This document shows, piece by piece, positions 20,234-29,438 of a stretch of 64,000 nt of DNA. Position 1 is the stretch's first letter. Each line of letters begins with the position of its first letter. The notes below the pieces were generated by a model, which was given only the letters and a program-made list of their open reading frames with translations, made no database searches and was not told the DNA's origin. Made by a program: the position numbers and the translations under genes. This DNA comes from a virus (taxonomy: Duplodnaviria; Caudoviricetes), in the IMG/VR virus record IMGVR_UViG_3300032303_003166, positions 29,584-93,583 of that record; one strand, given 5' to 3'.

Positions 20234-20659
20234 ATGGCCGCAACCGTAGAAGTTCATAAGGGTGGACGTTTAAGACTACATGTTAAAGATATATCTAACG
20301 TTAATAATACTTTTAAAATACCTGCTAACTTTAGAATTGAATTTGTATACGCAATCATAATCACAGAAATAATAGAGAGCACAAATCTTCATGGCATTGA
20401 AATGAAAAACTCCACTCCTTTGTCTATTTTAAAATCTTCTCCTCATTACATAAGTGGACCAGTAGGAACTTTTATTGATTTATCCCCAAGAATTAATAGA
20501 CAGCTTCTTGCTTATAGTGAGACTAGTCCCGCAGACAATGAGATAACAATAAGTCATTATGTAGTAACAAAGACCACTGGAGGCGGATACAATACAGCAG
20601 TTTCTTCTAGTTGGACTGCAAGCTATAAGCTTATTATTGGTCTTGAGTCAATAATTTAA
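20234..20659 (+). CDS. hypothetical late protein
   Basis: ORF with upstream TACTAATT and AGGGG RBS. Confidence 0.55.
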   Translation: MAATVEVHKGGRLRLHVKDISNVNNTFKIPANFRIEFVYAIIITEIIESTNLHGIEMKNSTPLSILKSSPHYISGPVGTFIDLSPRINRQLLAYSETSPADNEITISHYVVTKTTGGGYNTAVSSSWTASYKLIIGLESII

Positions 20660-20688
20660 CTAATTGTATATACTGGAGATTAATTTAA

Positions 20689-21414
20689 ATGGGTAAGAAA
20701 TTTAGAGAAGATAACAATCTAATTGATGATGTTTACAAAGAAGATGAAGATCGTGTTGAAAATCCTTTAGATTTCTTTTCAAATTTTAGCATTGAAAAGC
20801 CCATGGGTTATGATGATGACTCCAGTGAAGACACCGCTTCAGAAAATGAAACGTCTGCTCATCGTGCGCAATTAAGCTCTGTAAATCACAATCCTGCAGC
20901 CTCTCTTGATGGAGTTGAAGATGATTTGCGTGATGCAATGAAAAGCTTTCCCAAGCAAGATGATGAAGAACATGAGTTTGAAGTAGAGGTTACTGCTATT
21001 GAAACTCCTAAAAATCCTATTATCATGGATCCTTATCTTATGGGAGAAAAAGATATGCTGGAAAGCGGTGTTGTATTAAAGCAAGATACTTGGATTAATG
21101 AAAGAATTGTTAAGAAAGGATCAAGAGTTAGATTGATAAAAGAATATAATGATGATGCAGAAGTTTATGGTGCTTTAAACCGCCATGCTAAAGAAACTGA
21201 TTGGAAAACTAATCATCCTGAGGCTTATAATGCTTGGCAAAAAAGAAAAGAAACTCCAGCAGAAAAGATTGAAGGCTATTTGGAATTAAAAAAAGAATTG
21301 GATGATTTAAAAAAGAATGATCCTGATTCCAATAGAAGATGGGATATTGTAAATGCTATGGGTAAGTTACAACACAAGCATATGCAATTTGATCCAGAAA
21401 ACACTTCCTATTAA
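20689..21414 (+). CDS. acidic hypothetical (putative head) protein
   Basis: GGAG RBS, upstream AACTAATT. Confidence 0.55.
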   Translation: MGKKFREDNNLIDDVYKEDEDRVENPLDFFSNFSIEKPMGYDDDSSEDTASENETSAHRAQLSSVNHNPAASLDGVEDDLRDAMKSFPKQDDEEHEFEVEVTAIETPKNPIIMDPYLMGEKDMLESGVVLKQDTWINERIVKKGSRVRLIKEYNDDAEVYGALNRHAKETDWKTNHPEAYNAWQKRKETPAEKIEGYLELKKELDDLKKNDPDSNRRWDIVNAMGKLQHKHMQFDPENTSY

Positions 21415-21422
21415 TAAAATAT

Positions 21423-21869
21423 ATGAAAGTAAATACCAAAGATATTGACACTCTTAGGAACAATCTCACCAGATATGTTCAAGAGGTAAAAGATGTCAAT
21501 ATCTCTTTGCATGATTCTTTACAAAATGTAGAAGAAATGTTAATTGCTTTGCAAGAAACACAAAATGAATATGTGAATCTAATAAAAACTTATAGATATG
21601 ATACTTCCTCAGATTATTATGCTTCATTTACCGGTAATGTTCAACCAAAAACAAAACAGCATGACCTAGCAGCAGACGCGGAATTAAATAAGACACTTAG
21701 AAAAGATATAGAAGACTTAGAGAATGGAATTGCACTAGAGCTAGGAAACTTTAAAAAATCTTTTAAAGAATTTTCTACCTATATACAAGATGCAACAGAA
21801 GCTTATGCCCATCATAAAGAATTGTGGGCACAACTTATAAAAGAAATAGAAAAAGCTCCTAAAAGCTAA
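21423..21869 (+). CDS. hypothetical helical protein
   Basis: 148-aa ORF in operon. Confidence 0.55.
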   Translation: MKVNTKDIDTLRNNLTRYVQEVKDVNISLHDSLQNVEEMLIALQETQNEYVNLIKTYRYDTSSDYYASFTGNVQPKTKQHDLAADAELNKTLRKDIEDLENGIALELGNFKKSFKEFSTYIQDATEAYAHHKELWAQLIKEIEKAPKS

Positions 21870-23866
21870 GCTTCAAGTACAATATCATCCCCGGTTTGTA
21901 GCTGATTGGCCTCAATAACATGAATTACATTTTGTCTTTTAACAGACACTTTGTCTTTTTCCTGAAAGATATGTTCATGCCCAGATTCATCTTTAACTCT
22001 TAAAAACTTTTTGTCTTTGGCAAAGATTGGCCAAGCTGTTGAGCTGTGAAAATCTTTTTCCTTGGAATTATAAATCTTTCTAAGAGTTTCATCCTCTGCA
22101 TCAATTCCTGCAAGACGAACCTGAAGTGAAGCATAGTCCAGACTAAAAATAACATAATCATCTGATGGAACATCAATAATAGCAGGAATTGTTTCATCAT
22201 TTGCTGGAATCTGTTGAAGATTAGGATCCTTACATTTGCTACGGCCAGTGTCAGCTAACATATGAGCATAATTGGCACACATGCGATAACTTCCATCCGA
22301 ATAAGGATTAATGTTTTTTCCCCAACCCTCATCATCTGTCTTTCCAATAAAAGTATTAAGAAGAGTATTGGTGGTTCTAAGTTCTTGAAGAAGCTCGGCC
22401 TCTCTATGACCCATCTGCTTCCATCGCTCAAGCTGATCTTCTCCAGTGAGATAGTCACCAGCTTTTGATACTCCAAGATTAGGCCAACCGAGAGCCTTTA
22501 TCTTGGTTCCTAAAACCTTAAGTGAATTAAAGTCAAAATTTCCCACAATATTCATTGCTACACGCAATTCTTCTTCAATTTTCTTGATCTTTTCTTGAAA
22601 CATGGTTCTTGCACTATGAAGACGATCCATGGATACATATAGTCCATCATACTCCATTTGAGCAAATGCACGTAAGCTACGCATCATAATATCTTCATAG
22701 TATGAGGTCATGGTATACCACTTATTCTTTTCATTGGGAAAAGTTGCATCCATCCAGGCCAAATGCTCTCTTTGCTTTTTCCAAACCTGATATGTTACAA
22801 TAGCGTCCATGGTAGCATACTTGGCCAAAGTTGAAAATGGAATCTTAGTATAATCATTTTCTCCAGTGTTCTCAATAAATTCATCCAACTCTTGTTCATA
22901 ACCACCGTGCTTGGTATAAAAATATGAATTGGTCTTGAGGCTATTACTACGTAGCTCATTTAACACATGTCCTAGCTGAACAATGTCTTCATGAATTGCA
23001 GCATTAGGAATTCCATTACGCCATAAGAATTTACAGTCAAATTTTAAGTTAGCACCTATTTGAGTTTTCTTTCCAAGACATTCATTAAGAACTACCTTAT
23101 CAACCAGATTCCATGGACAAATATAGCCATTTATTCCATCAAAAGAAAAAGTTATAACACCAATCTTGGCTCTTACATGAGAGAAGCCACTTGTTTCCAA
23201 GTCCCAAGCCATGTGTGAATATCTAGAGTGTTGTTTGATAACTCTTATAAACTCTTCAGTGCTTTCAATCTTGTGAAGAATCACTTCATCCAATTCTTGA
23301 TCTGCTGACAGCTCAGCATATTTCTTTTCAGCAGTGTCCAGCTGCCAACGAGCAAAGTTCATCTTATAAGTGTCATAATACGGAGATAGTGATTGACCAA
23401 ATGTCAATATTTGACTAAATGAGTCAATTGGAAATACATAACGACGAGTATGTTGATCAAAGAAATAGGTTTTGGGATTGGTAATAACATCATAAAGATA
23501 ATTTACCTGTAAATCATCTCGAGACACAGCATAGAGTGCAGAGCCAGAGGTAATGATAACTCCACGATCCTCAACGTATTGAGAAAACGGAGTCTTGTTC
23601 TTCTTGTAGAAGTTGGTTATACCGCCCTTGATATTTTCTTCAGTGGGTGCAATATATGATGCTAGTACAATACGATACGAATCAAAATACTTTTTAACAA
23701 GAGTGGATATTGCTTTAACCTTTCTTGTATCATAATGCTTGTCCACAAGCACAAGAGCATAAGGTTCATTCTCAATAAAATTGTCTGCAAGAAGTATCTC
23801 TGTGTTTATTTCATCTTTCAACTTTTTGGATGAAGTTACAGAAATATTTCCAAAAGCAAATGCCAT
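21866..23866 (-). CDS. polA: DNA polymerase family A, N-terminal fragment (UDG-like domain, 3'-5' exonuclease, thumb, motif A) ending in an intein-like tail
   Basis: WDLETSG, NLKFD, YATMD, TGRSKCKDPNLQQIP, DYASLQVR, DFHSSTA; stops before motif B. Confidence 0.9.
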   Translation of the reverse strand: MAFAFGNISVTSSKKLKDEINTEILLADNFIENEPYALVLVDKHYDTRKVKAISTLVKKYFDSYRIVLASYIAPTEENIKGGITNFYKKNKTPFSQYVEDRGVIITSGSALYAVSRDDLQVNYLYDVITNPKTYFFDQHTRRYVFPIDSFSQILTFGQSLSPYYDTYKMNFARWQLDTAEKKYAELSADQELDEVILHKIESTEEFIRVIKQHSRYSHMAWDLETSGFSHVRAKIGVITFSFDGINGYICPWNLVDKVVLNECLGKKTQIGANLKFDCKFLWRNGIPNAAIHEDIVQLGHVLNELRSNSLKTNSYFYTKHGGYEQELDEFIENTGENDYTKIPFSTLAKYATMDAIVTYQVWKKQREHLAWMDATFPNEKNKWYTMTSYYEDIMMRSLRAFAQMEYDGLYVSMDRLHSARTMFQEKIKKIEEELRVAMNIVGNFDFNSLKVLGTKIKALGWPNLGVSKAGDYLTGEDQLERWKQMGHREAELLQELRTTNTLLNTFIGKTDDEGWGKNINPYSDGSYRMCANYAHMLADTGRSKCKDPNLQQIPANDETIPAIIDVPSDDYVIFSLDYASLQVRLAGIDAEDETLRKIYNSKEKDFHSSTAWPIFAKDKKFLRVKDESGHEHIFQEKDKVSVKRQNVIHVIEANQLQTGDDIVLEA

Positions 23867-23898
23867 AAGGCCTCCAAGTATTCTTGGATAGTATAACC

Positions 23899-24381
23899 TT
23901 ACTTTTGCCAGTTACTCAAATTCTTAAGAAAGCTTTGAAAAGAGTTATCTGCTTCTTGTGATATTTTTTTTGAATTCCAAAATCTAAGCTTGAGTGCTTC
24001 TTCTGTTTTGTTAGTGCGACTTTTACCCTCTTGATTAGATCCTATATTTAGGAGATAGCTGACGCTCTCTTGTTTACTTTCTAGATCAACTGCATTTTTT
24101 GCACCACTAAGAGCTTCCATTACAGAAACGCCGTCTTTGGTTTTTAATGCAGAAAGAAGTCCAATATTTCCAGTAGTAAAATCCAATAGATACATGCTAT
24201 AACTTCCTAGAACAATAGAGTTTATTTGTCCTACCATCTCATGCATATTCTTTTCTCTGAGAACACCATATAGATTTTCTGGTGCTATCATTTCTTTTCT
24301 GTCTGATCCATTGATCCATAGATTGATGTAACGGCCGTTGGCGGTGCGTTGCGCAATTGCGAAATACAAATTACTTTCCAT
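23899..24381 (-). CDS. hypothetical protein
   Basis: ATG 4 nt after ACTAAGT. Confidence 0.6.
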   Translation of the reverse strand: MESNLYFAIAQRTANGRYINLWINGSDRKEMIAPENLYGVLREKNMHEMVGQINSIVLGSYSMYLLDFTTGNIGLLSALKTKDGVSVMEALSGAKNAVDLESKQESVSYLLNIGSNQEGKSRTNKTEEALKLRFWNSKKISQEADNSFQSFLKNLSNWQK

Positions 24382-24535
24382 TTCTACTTAGTAAAATTCT
24401 TCAAAATCAAACATAATCTGCGGAGACAGCGTCTCCTAAGAAAAATAGATACTATATTTATTCTATTATAGATATTATATAGCTGCCATAAAATGGCAGT
24501 ATGCAATATGCCATTATTGAGCAGTCTAGAAAAAG

Positions 24536-24564
24536 TTTACAGACCCGGAATGTTTTGTTATATT
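24536..24564 (+). promoter_or_regulatory. sigma70-like promoter
   Basis: TTTACA-17nt-TATATT. Confidence 0.7.
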
Positions 24565-24589
24565 ATATTTATAAAATTGGAGGCAGACT

Positions 24590-24754
24590 ATGGGAGACTT
24601 ATCTACTGATCTGGTTGAAGTTATTGACAAGATGAAAGCCTCTGGCTGGGGATCTGGCGATATACTCTCTTTTGTAAAAACAGTATTACAAAATAGAGAA
24701 GAGGATGATCCAAAAGAAAAAGATATGGGTAGGCAGGAGATTTTTGATGACTGA
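24590..24754 (+). CDS. 54-aa hypothetical protein (not in ORF track)
   Basis: GGAGG RBS; MGDLSTDLVEVIDKMKASGW... Confidence 0.6.
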   Translation: MGDLSTDLVEVIDKMKASGWGSGDILSFVKTVLQNREEDDPKEKDMGRQEIFDD

Positions 24755-24929
24755 AAATGATGAGAATAAAATTCTAGAAAACTATACATTTCTGACCTCT
24801 CGTACAAGCGACGGATTATATAGGACAGAAACACCGCAAATTCCTGGACTTTTTGAAGTGGCAGAAGATCCTGCACAAGCTGTAGAAAAAATGAAAAACA
24901 TGGTTATACTGAAATCAAGAGGTGCATAA
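24747..24929 (+). CDS. HicB-like (antitoxin N-terminal fold) small protein
   Basis: DGLYRTETPQIPGLFEVAEDPAQAVEKMKNMV; AGGAG RBS. Confidence 0.55.
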   Translation: MTENDENKILENYTFLTSRTSDGLYRTETPQIPGLFEVAEDPAQAVEKMKNMVILKSRGA

Positions 24930-25352
24930 ATGGCAATTGTTCTACGTGATATTACATTTCAAAATGAAGATAATATCAAACGTCAAAATTTCTGGACAGA
25001 AAAAGGTCTATGGACTCCTGTAGGCTTTATGACAGAAGAGCGTGCTCAATATTTTGAGCTTGTGGATGAGCTAAAAAATAGCGAAAAGTATTTGGGAGCT
25101 ATTGGATTTTTTGTGAATGATGACTCACAAAGAGTATTCTCTTCTGTATATGTTCTACCAGAGCACAGAAAAAAAGGACATGCAAAAACTCTTTATAAGA
25201 AAACATTATCCAAATATAAGACCTGTGGAGTATGGGCGTATATAGATGAAAAGAATACTCCCTCCATAAATCTTCACAAGACCATTGGTTTTAGTGTTAA
25301 GTCATCCTCCACTAATCAAAAGACACATATGTTTTACAAGGAAACAAAATGA
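24930..25352 (+). CDS. GNAT-family acetyltransferase
   Basis: VYVLPEHRKKGHA and NTPSINLHKTIGF motifs. Confidence 0.85.
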   Translation: MAIVLRDITFQNEDNIKRQNFWTEKGLWTPVGFMTEERAQYFELVDELKNSEKYLGAIGFFVNDDSQRVFSSVYVLPEHRKKGHAKTLYKKTLSKYKTCGVWAYIDEKNTPSINLHKTIGFSVKSSSTNQKTHMFYKETK

Positions 25353-25906
25353 GCGATACTCCTAGACTAACCAAAGAGCAAAGACTTCTTATAAAAAAAG
25401 AAAAAGATCTTAAAAAACAATTGAAAGTTCAGGAGAAGCAAACTCGTGAAAGACTTAAAAAAGAAAAAATACAGGCAAAAGAAAACATTAGACTTGAGCG
25501 TCTCCGTAAGAAAGCGGCGGCTGAACAGAAAAAGGTTGCTCGAGCGTTTAAGGCAGAACAGGCAATTATTAGAAAAACACGGCTCTTTGATGACGTTACT
25601 ATTAAAACCATTAAGAACGCTGCAAAGTCTGCTAAAAAAGAACTTCCCAATGGATCTTTCTGGCTTGGAAAAGAGTGTATAAATTTCCTAGTAACTCATC
25701 CAGATAATCCAGATGTAGCAGTACTTCGTGTAGATGATGGAGTAAGAACTTCTTGGAGAAATACCACTTGGTTCTATGACTTTGATAATAAGATTCAAAT
25801 GAAGTTTGAAAAAGATCTACATAAGCCAGAGCATGGAGACAAATCTATTCGCTGGGAAATGTTTGATAAGTATGTTGCAGGTCAATTGAAAAAGGTAGAA
25901 GCATGA
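25349..25906 (+). CDS. basic coiled-coil hypothetical protein
   Basis: Coupled ORF. Confidence 0.55.
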   Translation: MSDTPRLTKEQRLLIKKEKDLKKQLKVQEKQTRERLKKEKIQAKENIRLERLRKKAAAEQKKVARAFKAEQAIIRKTRLFDDVTIKTIKNAAKSAKKELPNGSFWLGKECINFLVTHPDNPDVAVLRVDDGVRTSWRNTTWFYDFDNKIQMKFEKDLHKPEHGDKSIRWEMFDKYVAGQLKKVEA

Positions 25907-26448
25907 ATTATACTGGCGTAACTCAAAGAGTAATAATTCTAGAAGGTCCGGATAGATGTTCTAAATCCACTCAAGCAAAGCTTTTATGGAAATGGCTTGC
26001 TAAAAATCAACCATACAACCCGCTAGTTCAGCTTCATTATAGTGGTTATCCTACACAAGATCAAGGCGTTCTAAACTTTAATCATATGTTTGAGATTATT
26101 GAAGACTCTCCTTGGACAAATTTTATTCTTGACAGATCTCATATTGGAGAAATGGTATATGCTCCTAAGTATCGTGGCTATAGTGGAGATTATGTTCTAG
26201 ATATAGAAGAGAGATATAGCCTTAAAGATTTCTTTTTGTTTACTTTTATTGATGACGTAGATAATTTACTTGCTAGAGATGATGGTGATTCTCTTTCATC
26301 CACTAAAGAAGATCTAGAAGAGGAAATTGCGGCATTTAAAAATGCCACACTGCTGTCAAATATTCCTAGGAAGCTTATGATTAATATCTCTGGAAAAACA
26401 CCAGAACAAGTACATGACATTATCATAGAGAACTTATCAACTAATTAG
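25903..26448 (+). CDS. thymidylate/dNMP kinase-like protein
   Basis: IILEGPDRCSKST P-loop variant, ILDRS. Confidence 0.8.
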   Translation: MNYTGVTQRVIILEGPDRCSKSTQAKLLWKWLAKNQPYNPLVQLHYSGYPTQDQGVLNFNHMFEIIEDSPWTNFILDRSHIGEMVYAPKYRGYSGDYVLDIEERYSLKDFFLFTFIDDVDNLLARDDGDSLSSTKEDLEEEIAAFKNATLLSNIPRKLMINISGKTPEQVHDIIIENLSTN

Positions 26449-26450
26449 AT

Positions 26451-27284
26451 ATGGACTATAAGCAACTTCTCGTTACTCTTAATGAAATTAAAATTTCTGA
26501 TTTCTCAAATGGAAAAGGAATTTCAAATCTAACATCAGGGTTTATGAATGACCGAGAACGAGAAGTTGGTCCATCCCGCCGCACTGACATTTGTCAACGT
26601 GCTGGGTTTGCTGACAATTATGATGACATTGTATTTGAGTTTATAACTCCTGCAGGGTCAGACGGTGATATCACTGTTAATGCAAAAACATTTAAACATG
26701 AAACAAATCGCACTGGTCATTATAGTCTTTGGATTTTGGTAGTTGGCGCTTTAACTGCTCTTAAAGAAATACGTGGAGATAAAGACCAAGAATTAAAAAC
26801 AGATAAAAATATTCAACGCATTACAAAAAACATTGAAGAACCAACAACAGATATTAATGATCGTGATTTTCATGACGCAGGTCCGGTTGAAGGGCAAGAA
26901 GAGGAAGAAACCATAGATGATGAATCTCCTCTTGAGGGCACAAGAAAGAAGGAATCACGTCTTAAAGAAGACATTGGTGATAATTTTGAAATCACAAACA
27001 AAGAAATGAAAGCGCTCTTGAATAATTGTGATATACGCGTGTGGTCTAATTCTCCAGCATTCTATGATCAAGGCCTGGCATATAATCTTTCCAAAAAAAA
27101 TGGTGTAATATACCCTAACAATATTGTTCCTAAGAAATGGAATGCTCCCAATCTGCATGCAGGTGTTGGACTACTTGATAAACATCTTGCTCTTCTTATC
27201 AAAGACATTCCTTATTTCTATGGCCAAATGGCTGAAAGAGTTAAAGAGCTCTTGTCCAAATCCAAAGGAAAGATAGACTTTTAA
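26451..27284 (+). CDS. hypothetical late protein
   Basis: ATG 4 nt after ACTAATT; LNE/LKE sites. Confidence 0.55.
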   Translation: MDYKQLLVTLNEIKISDFSNGKGISNLTSGFMNDREREVGPSRRTDICQRAGFADNYDDIVFEFITPAGSDGDITVNAKTFKHETNRTGHYSLWILVVGALTALKEIRGDKDQELKTDKNIQRITKNIEEPTTDINDRDFHDAGPVEGQEEEETIDDESPLEGTRKKESRLKEDIGDNFEITNKEMKALLNNCDIRVWSNSPAFYDQGLAYNLSKKNGVIYPNNIVPKKWNAPNLHAGVGLLDKHLALLIKDIPYFYGQMAERVKELLSKSKGKIDF

Positions 27285-27303
27285 GAGTTATATTACTCTT
27301 GTC

Positions 27304-28299
27304 ATGTCATATTTTACAAAAGAAGAAAACTTTAAAGTCTTAACTTTTCTGATTGCAAGTCTAGGACTAAAAACCAAAAAGCATTTGTCTGAATCTGATC
27401 CTCAAATATTTATTACCTGCCCTGCACATTCTGACAAAACTCCGTCATGTTCTGTAAATGTGGAAAGAGGAATTGCTCATTGCTTTAGTTGTGGTGGTTC
27501 CTGGACGCTAAATCAACTCTCAAAAGAGCATCTTGGAAAATCTGCATTTAAAATACTAGGCAAGCATTTTGACGAAGATACTGAATTTTTAAATTTCTTA
27601 AATAAAGCCAAAGAACCTGAAGATCATAAAAAATTACCACAAGTACAAATATCATTTGATGGTCCTATGATCAGACTTAATGATCTTTGCGTAACCTATC
27701 TATTAAATCGTGGAATAACCCTAGAGATTGCACGAGAGTTTAAAATGAGATATATGGAAAAAGGATTTATAAATGGCACTCCTTTTTCCAAAAGATTGCT
27801 AATACCTGTGATTGAACAAACTCATACTCTAGCGTATGAAGGCCGGGATGTTACAGGATTATCACTTAAAAAAGTTCTCTATCCGGCTGGCTCATCAGTA
27901 AATACTCTATATGATATTGATAATCTAAAACGAGATGAACCGCTATATGTGGTTGAAGGCCTTATGGACCTGGCTATCTTACGACAAGACCCATATTTTA
28001 AAAATAGCACTTCTCTGTTTGGGTCAAATCCTACACGTAGAAAAGCCGCGTTATTATCAGACTTTAAACAAATAGTCTGGATACCAGACAATGATAAAGC
28101 TGGATATGATTCTGTAACAGGATATTCTGAAATGATTGATCTTACTAAAACAAAGATCTCTATTTTGCGTGTTCCGTCATTTTGTAAAGACGTTGGAGAC
28201 TTTCCTAAAAACAAATTCAACATCTCAGAAAAAAAAGATCAGTGGATTTCCAATATTGTATCACTCCAATCATTTAAGACTAACTTAATATCAAAATGA
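27304..28299 (+). CDS. DNA primase (CHC2 zinc finger + TOPRIM)
   Basis: CPAHSDKTPS...HCFSC, VVEGLMD, PDNDKAG, KDVGD. Confidence 0.92.
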   Translation: MSYFTKEENFKVLTFLIASLGLKTKKHLSESDPQIFITCPAHSDKTPSCSVNVERGIAHCFSCGGSWTLNQLSKEHLGKSAFKILGKHFDEDTEFLNFLNKAKEPEDHKKLPQVQISFDGPMIRLNDLCVTYLLNRGITLEIAREFKMRYMEKGFINGTPFSKRLLIPVIEQTHTLAYEGRDVTGLSLKKVLYPAGSSVNTLYDIDNLKRDEPLYVVEGLMDLAILRQDPYFKNSTSLFGSNPTRRKAALLSDFKQIVWIPDNDKAGYDSVTGYSEMIDLTKTKISILRVPSFCKDVGDFPKNKFNISEKKDQWISNIVSLQSFKTNLISK

Positions 28300-28312
28300 A
28301 GGAGGAGCTTAA

Positions 28313-28870
28313 ATGCTTCATCAAAAGATCGAATCCGGTCAATATATTTCTGAATTCAAGGAAAAGTTCACTAATTTTATAAACAAGGCTCCAATACTTG
28401 CAAGTTACGTTGTCACCCAACAAGGAGTTGATGTAATTCATGAGAACTCAAAAGCTGTATATCATTATGATTGGGACTTTACCAAGCATGTCAAAACCTT
28501 TATCCATGACATTAAAATGGAAATCATTAAACATTATCCGCGCCTTAAAGAAGTTACAACTGTTGAAAAACAACTCACTCCAGAACAACAGGCTAATCTA
28601 ATAGAGAATGATGGAATTTCTCCTAAAGATGTTCCATCATCACGTATGGAAACAGTGTCTCGTCTTTGGAGAATAGACAAAGTTATTATTATACGAGATT
28701 CTTTTATTCTGGTTGATGAAGACACAGCTGAATCTTTCAGATATAAAATGAATCGCTCATGTGTATACTTCTTAACAAAATATAGAAGCGGTGAATTTAA
28801 GTCTTTAGAAGACGCAGCAAACTATTTCTTTAAAAATTCTACGCTGGTAAATAAAATAGAAAAGATTTGA
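28313..28870 (+). CDS. hypothetical protein
   Basis: Strong AGGAGG RBS. Confidence 0.6.
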   Translation: MLHQKIESGQYISEFKEKFTNFINKAPILASYVVTQQGVDVIHENSKAVYHYDWDFTKHVKTFIHDIKMEIIKHYPRLKEVTTVEKQLTPEQQANLIENDGISPKDVPSSRMETVSRLWRIDKVIIIRDSFILVDEDTAESFRYKMNRSCVYFLTKYRSGEFKSLEDAANYFFKNSTLVNKIEKI

Positions 28871-29235
28871 TAATGTCTCGTCGTGATAAAAATGATTTAG
28901 AATGGCAAAAAGTCAAAGCAGAAGTATCTTTGAGAGATAAGAATGTGTGTCGTCTTATGAGAGTTTTGACTCCACAAGAGGCTTACCTGCTTATAAATAA
29001 AGCAGGATCTCTTTTAAATAGACTAACTCCTGCACATGTTTTTCCAGTGTCAACAGATCCTAAGCTGTGTTATTGCGCAGACAACATAATGACTCTGAAT
29101 CAATATAGTCATAGCTTGCTAGAAGAATGCAAACATCCACTTACTGGTGAAAAAATAAGTAAAGAAGATGAAAAAAACTGGTGGATTCGAATCTTAGGTA
29201 ACAATGCTTTTACTAAATTAGAAAGAATGAGATAA
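28867..29235 (+). CDS. HNH-like endonuclease
   Basis: RDKNVC...AHVFP...DNIMTLN..SH. Confidence 0.55.
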   Translation: MIMSRRDKNDLEWQKVKAEVSLRDKNVCRLMRVLTPQEAYLLINKAGSLLNRLTPAHVFPVSTDPKLCYCADNIMTLNQYSHSLLEECKHPLTGEKISKEDEKNWWIRILGNNAFTKLERMR

Positions 29236-29264
29236 CTTGTTATATTAATTAAAGGAGTTTAATT

Positions 29265-29414
29265 ATGGAAGAGACAGTCAAACTTGACGAGGTAAAAATA
29301 ACTAAAACTGAACTAACAGAAAAGCTTATTGAAATAAATGACAAGCCTACCGGAAAGAAAATAGTTGAAGTTGCTCCTGGCGTTTGGAAGACTTTAACTC
29401 GTCTTCAAGGCTAA
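29265..29414 (+). CDS. 49-aa hypothetical protein (not in ORF track)
   Basis: AAGGAG RBS after GTTATATT; MEETVKLDEV...RLQG. Confidence 0.6.
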   Translation: MEETVKLDEVKITKTELTEKLIEINDKPTGKKIVEVAPGVWKTLTRLQG

Positions 29415-29438
29415 GATTTAAAATTAAAGGTAAGGAAT

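Noticed and set aside
21866-22021. Functional split intein in polA
   Set aside because: There is no block A nucleophile, no TxxH and no terminal His-Asn plus Cys/Ser/Thr, so it is reported as a non-splicing remnant instead.
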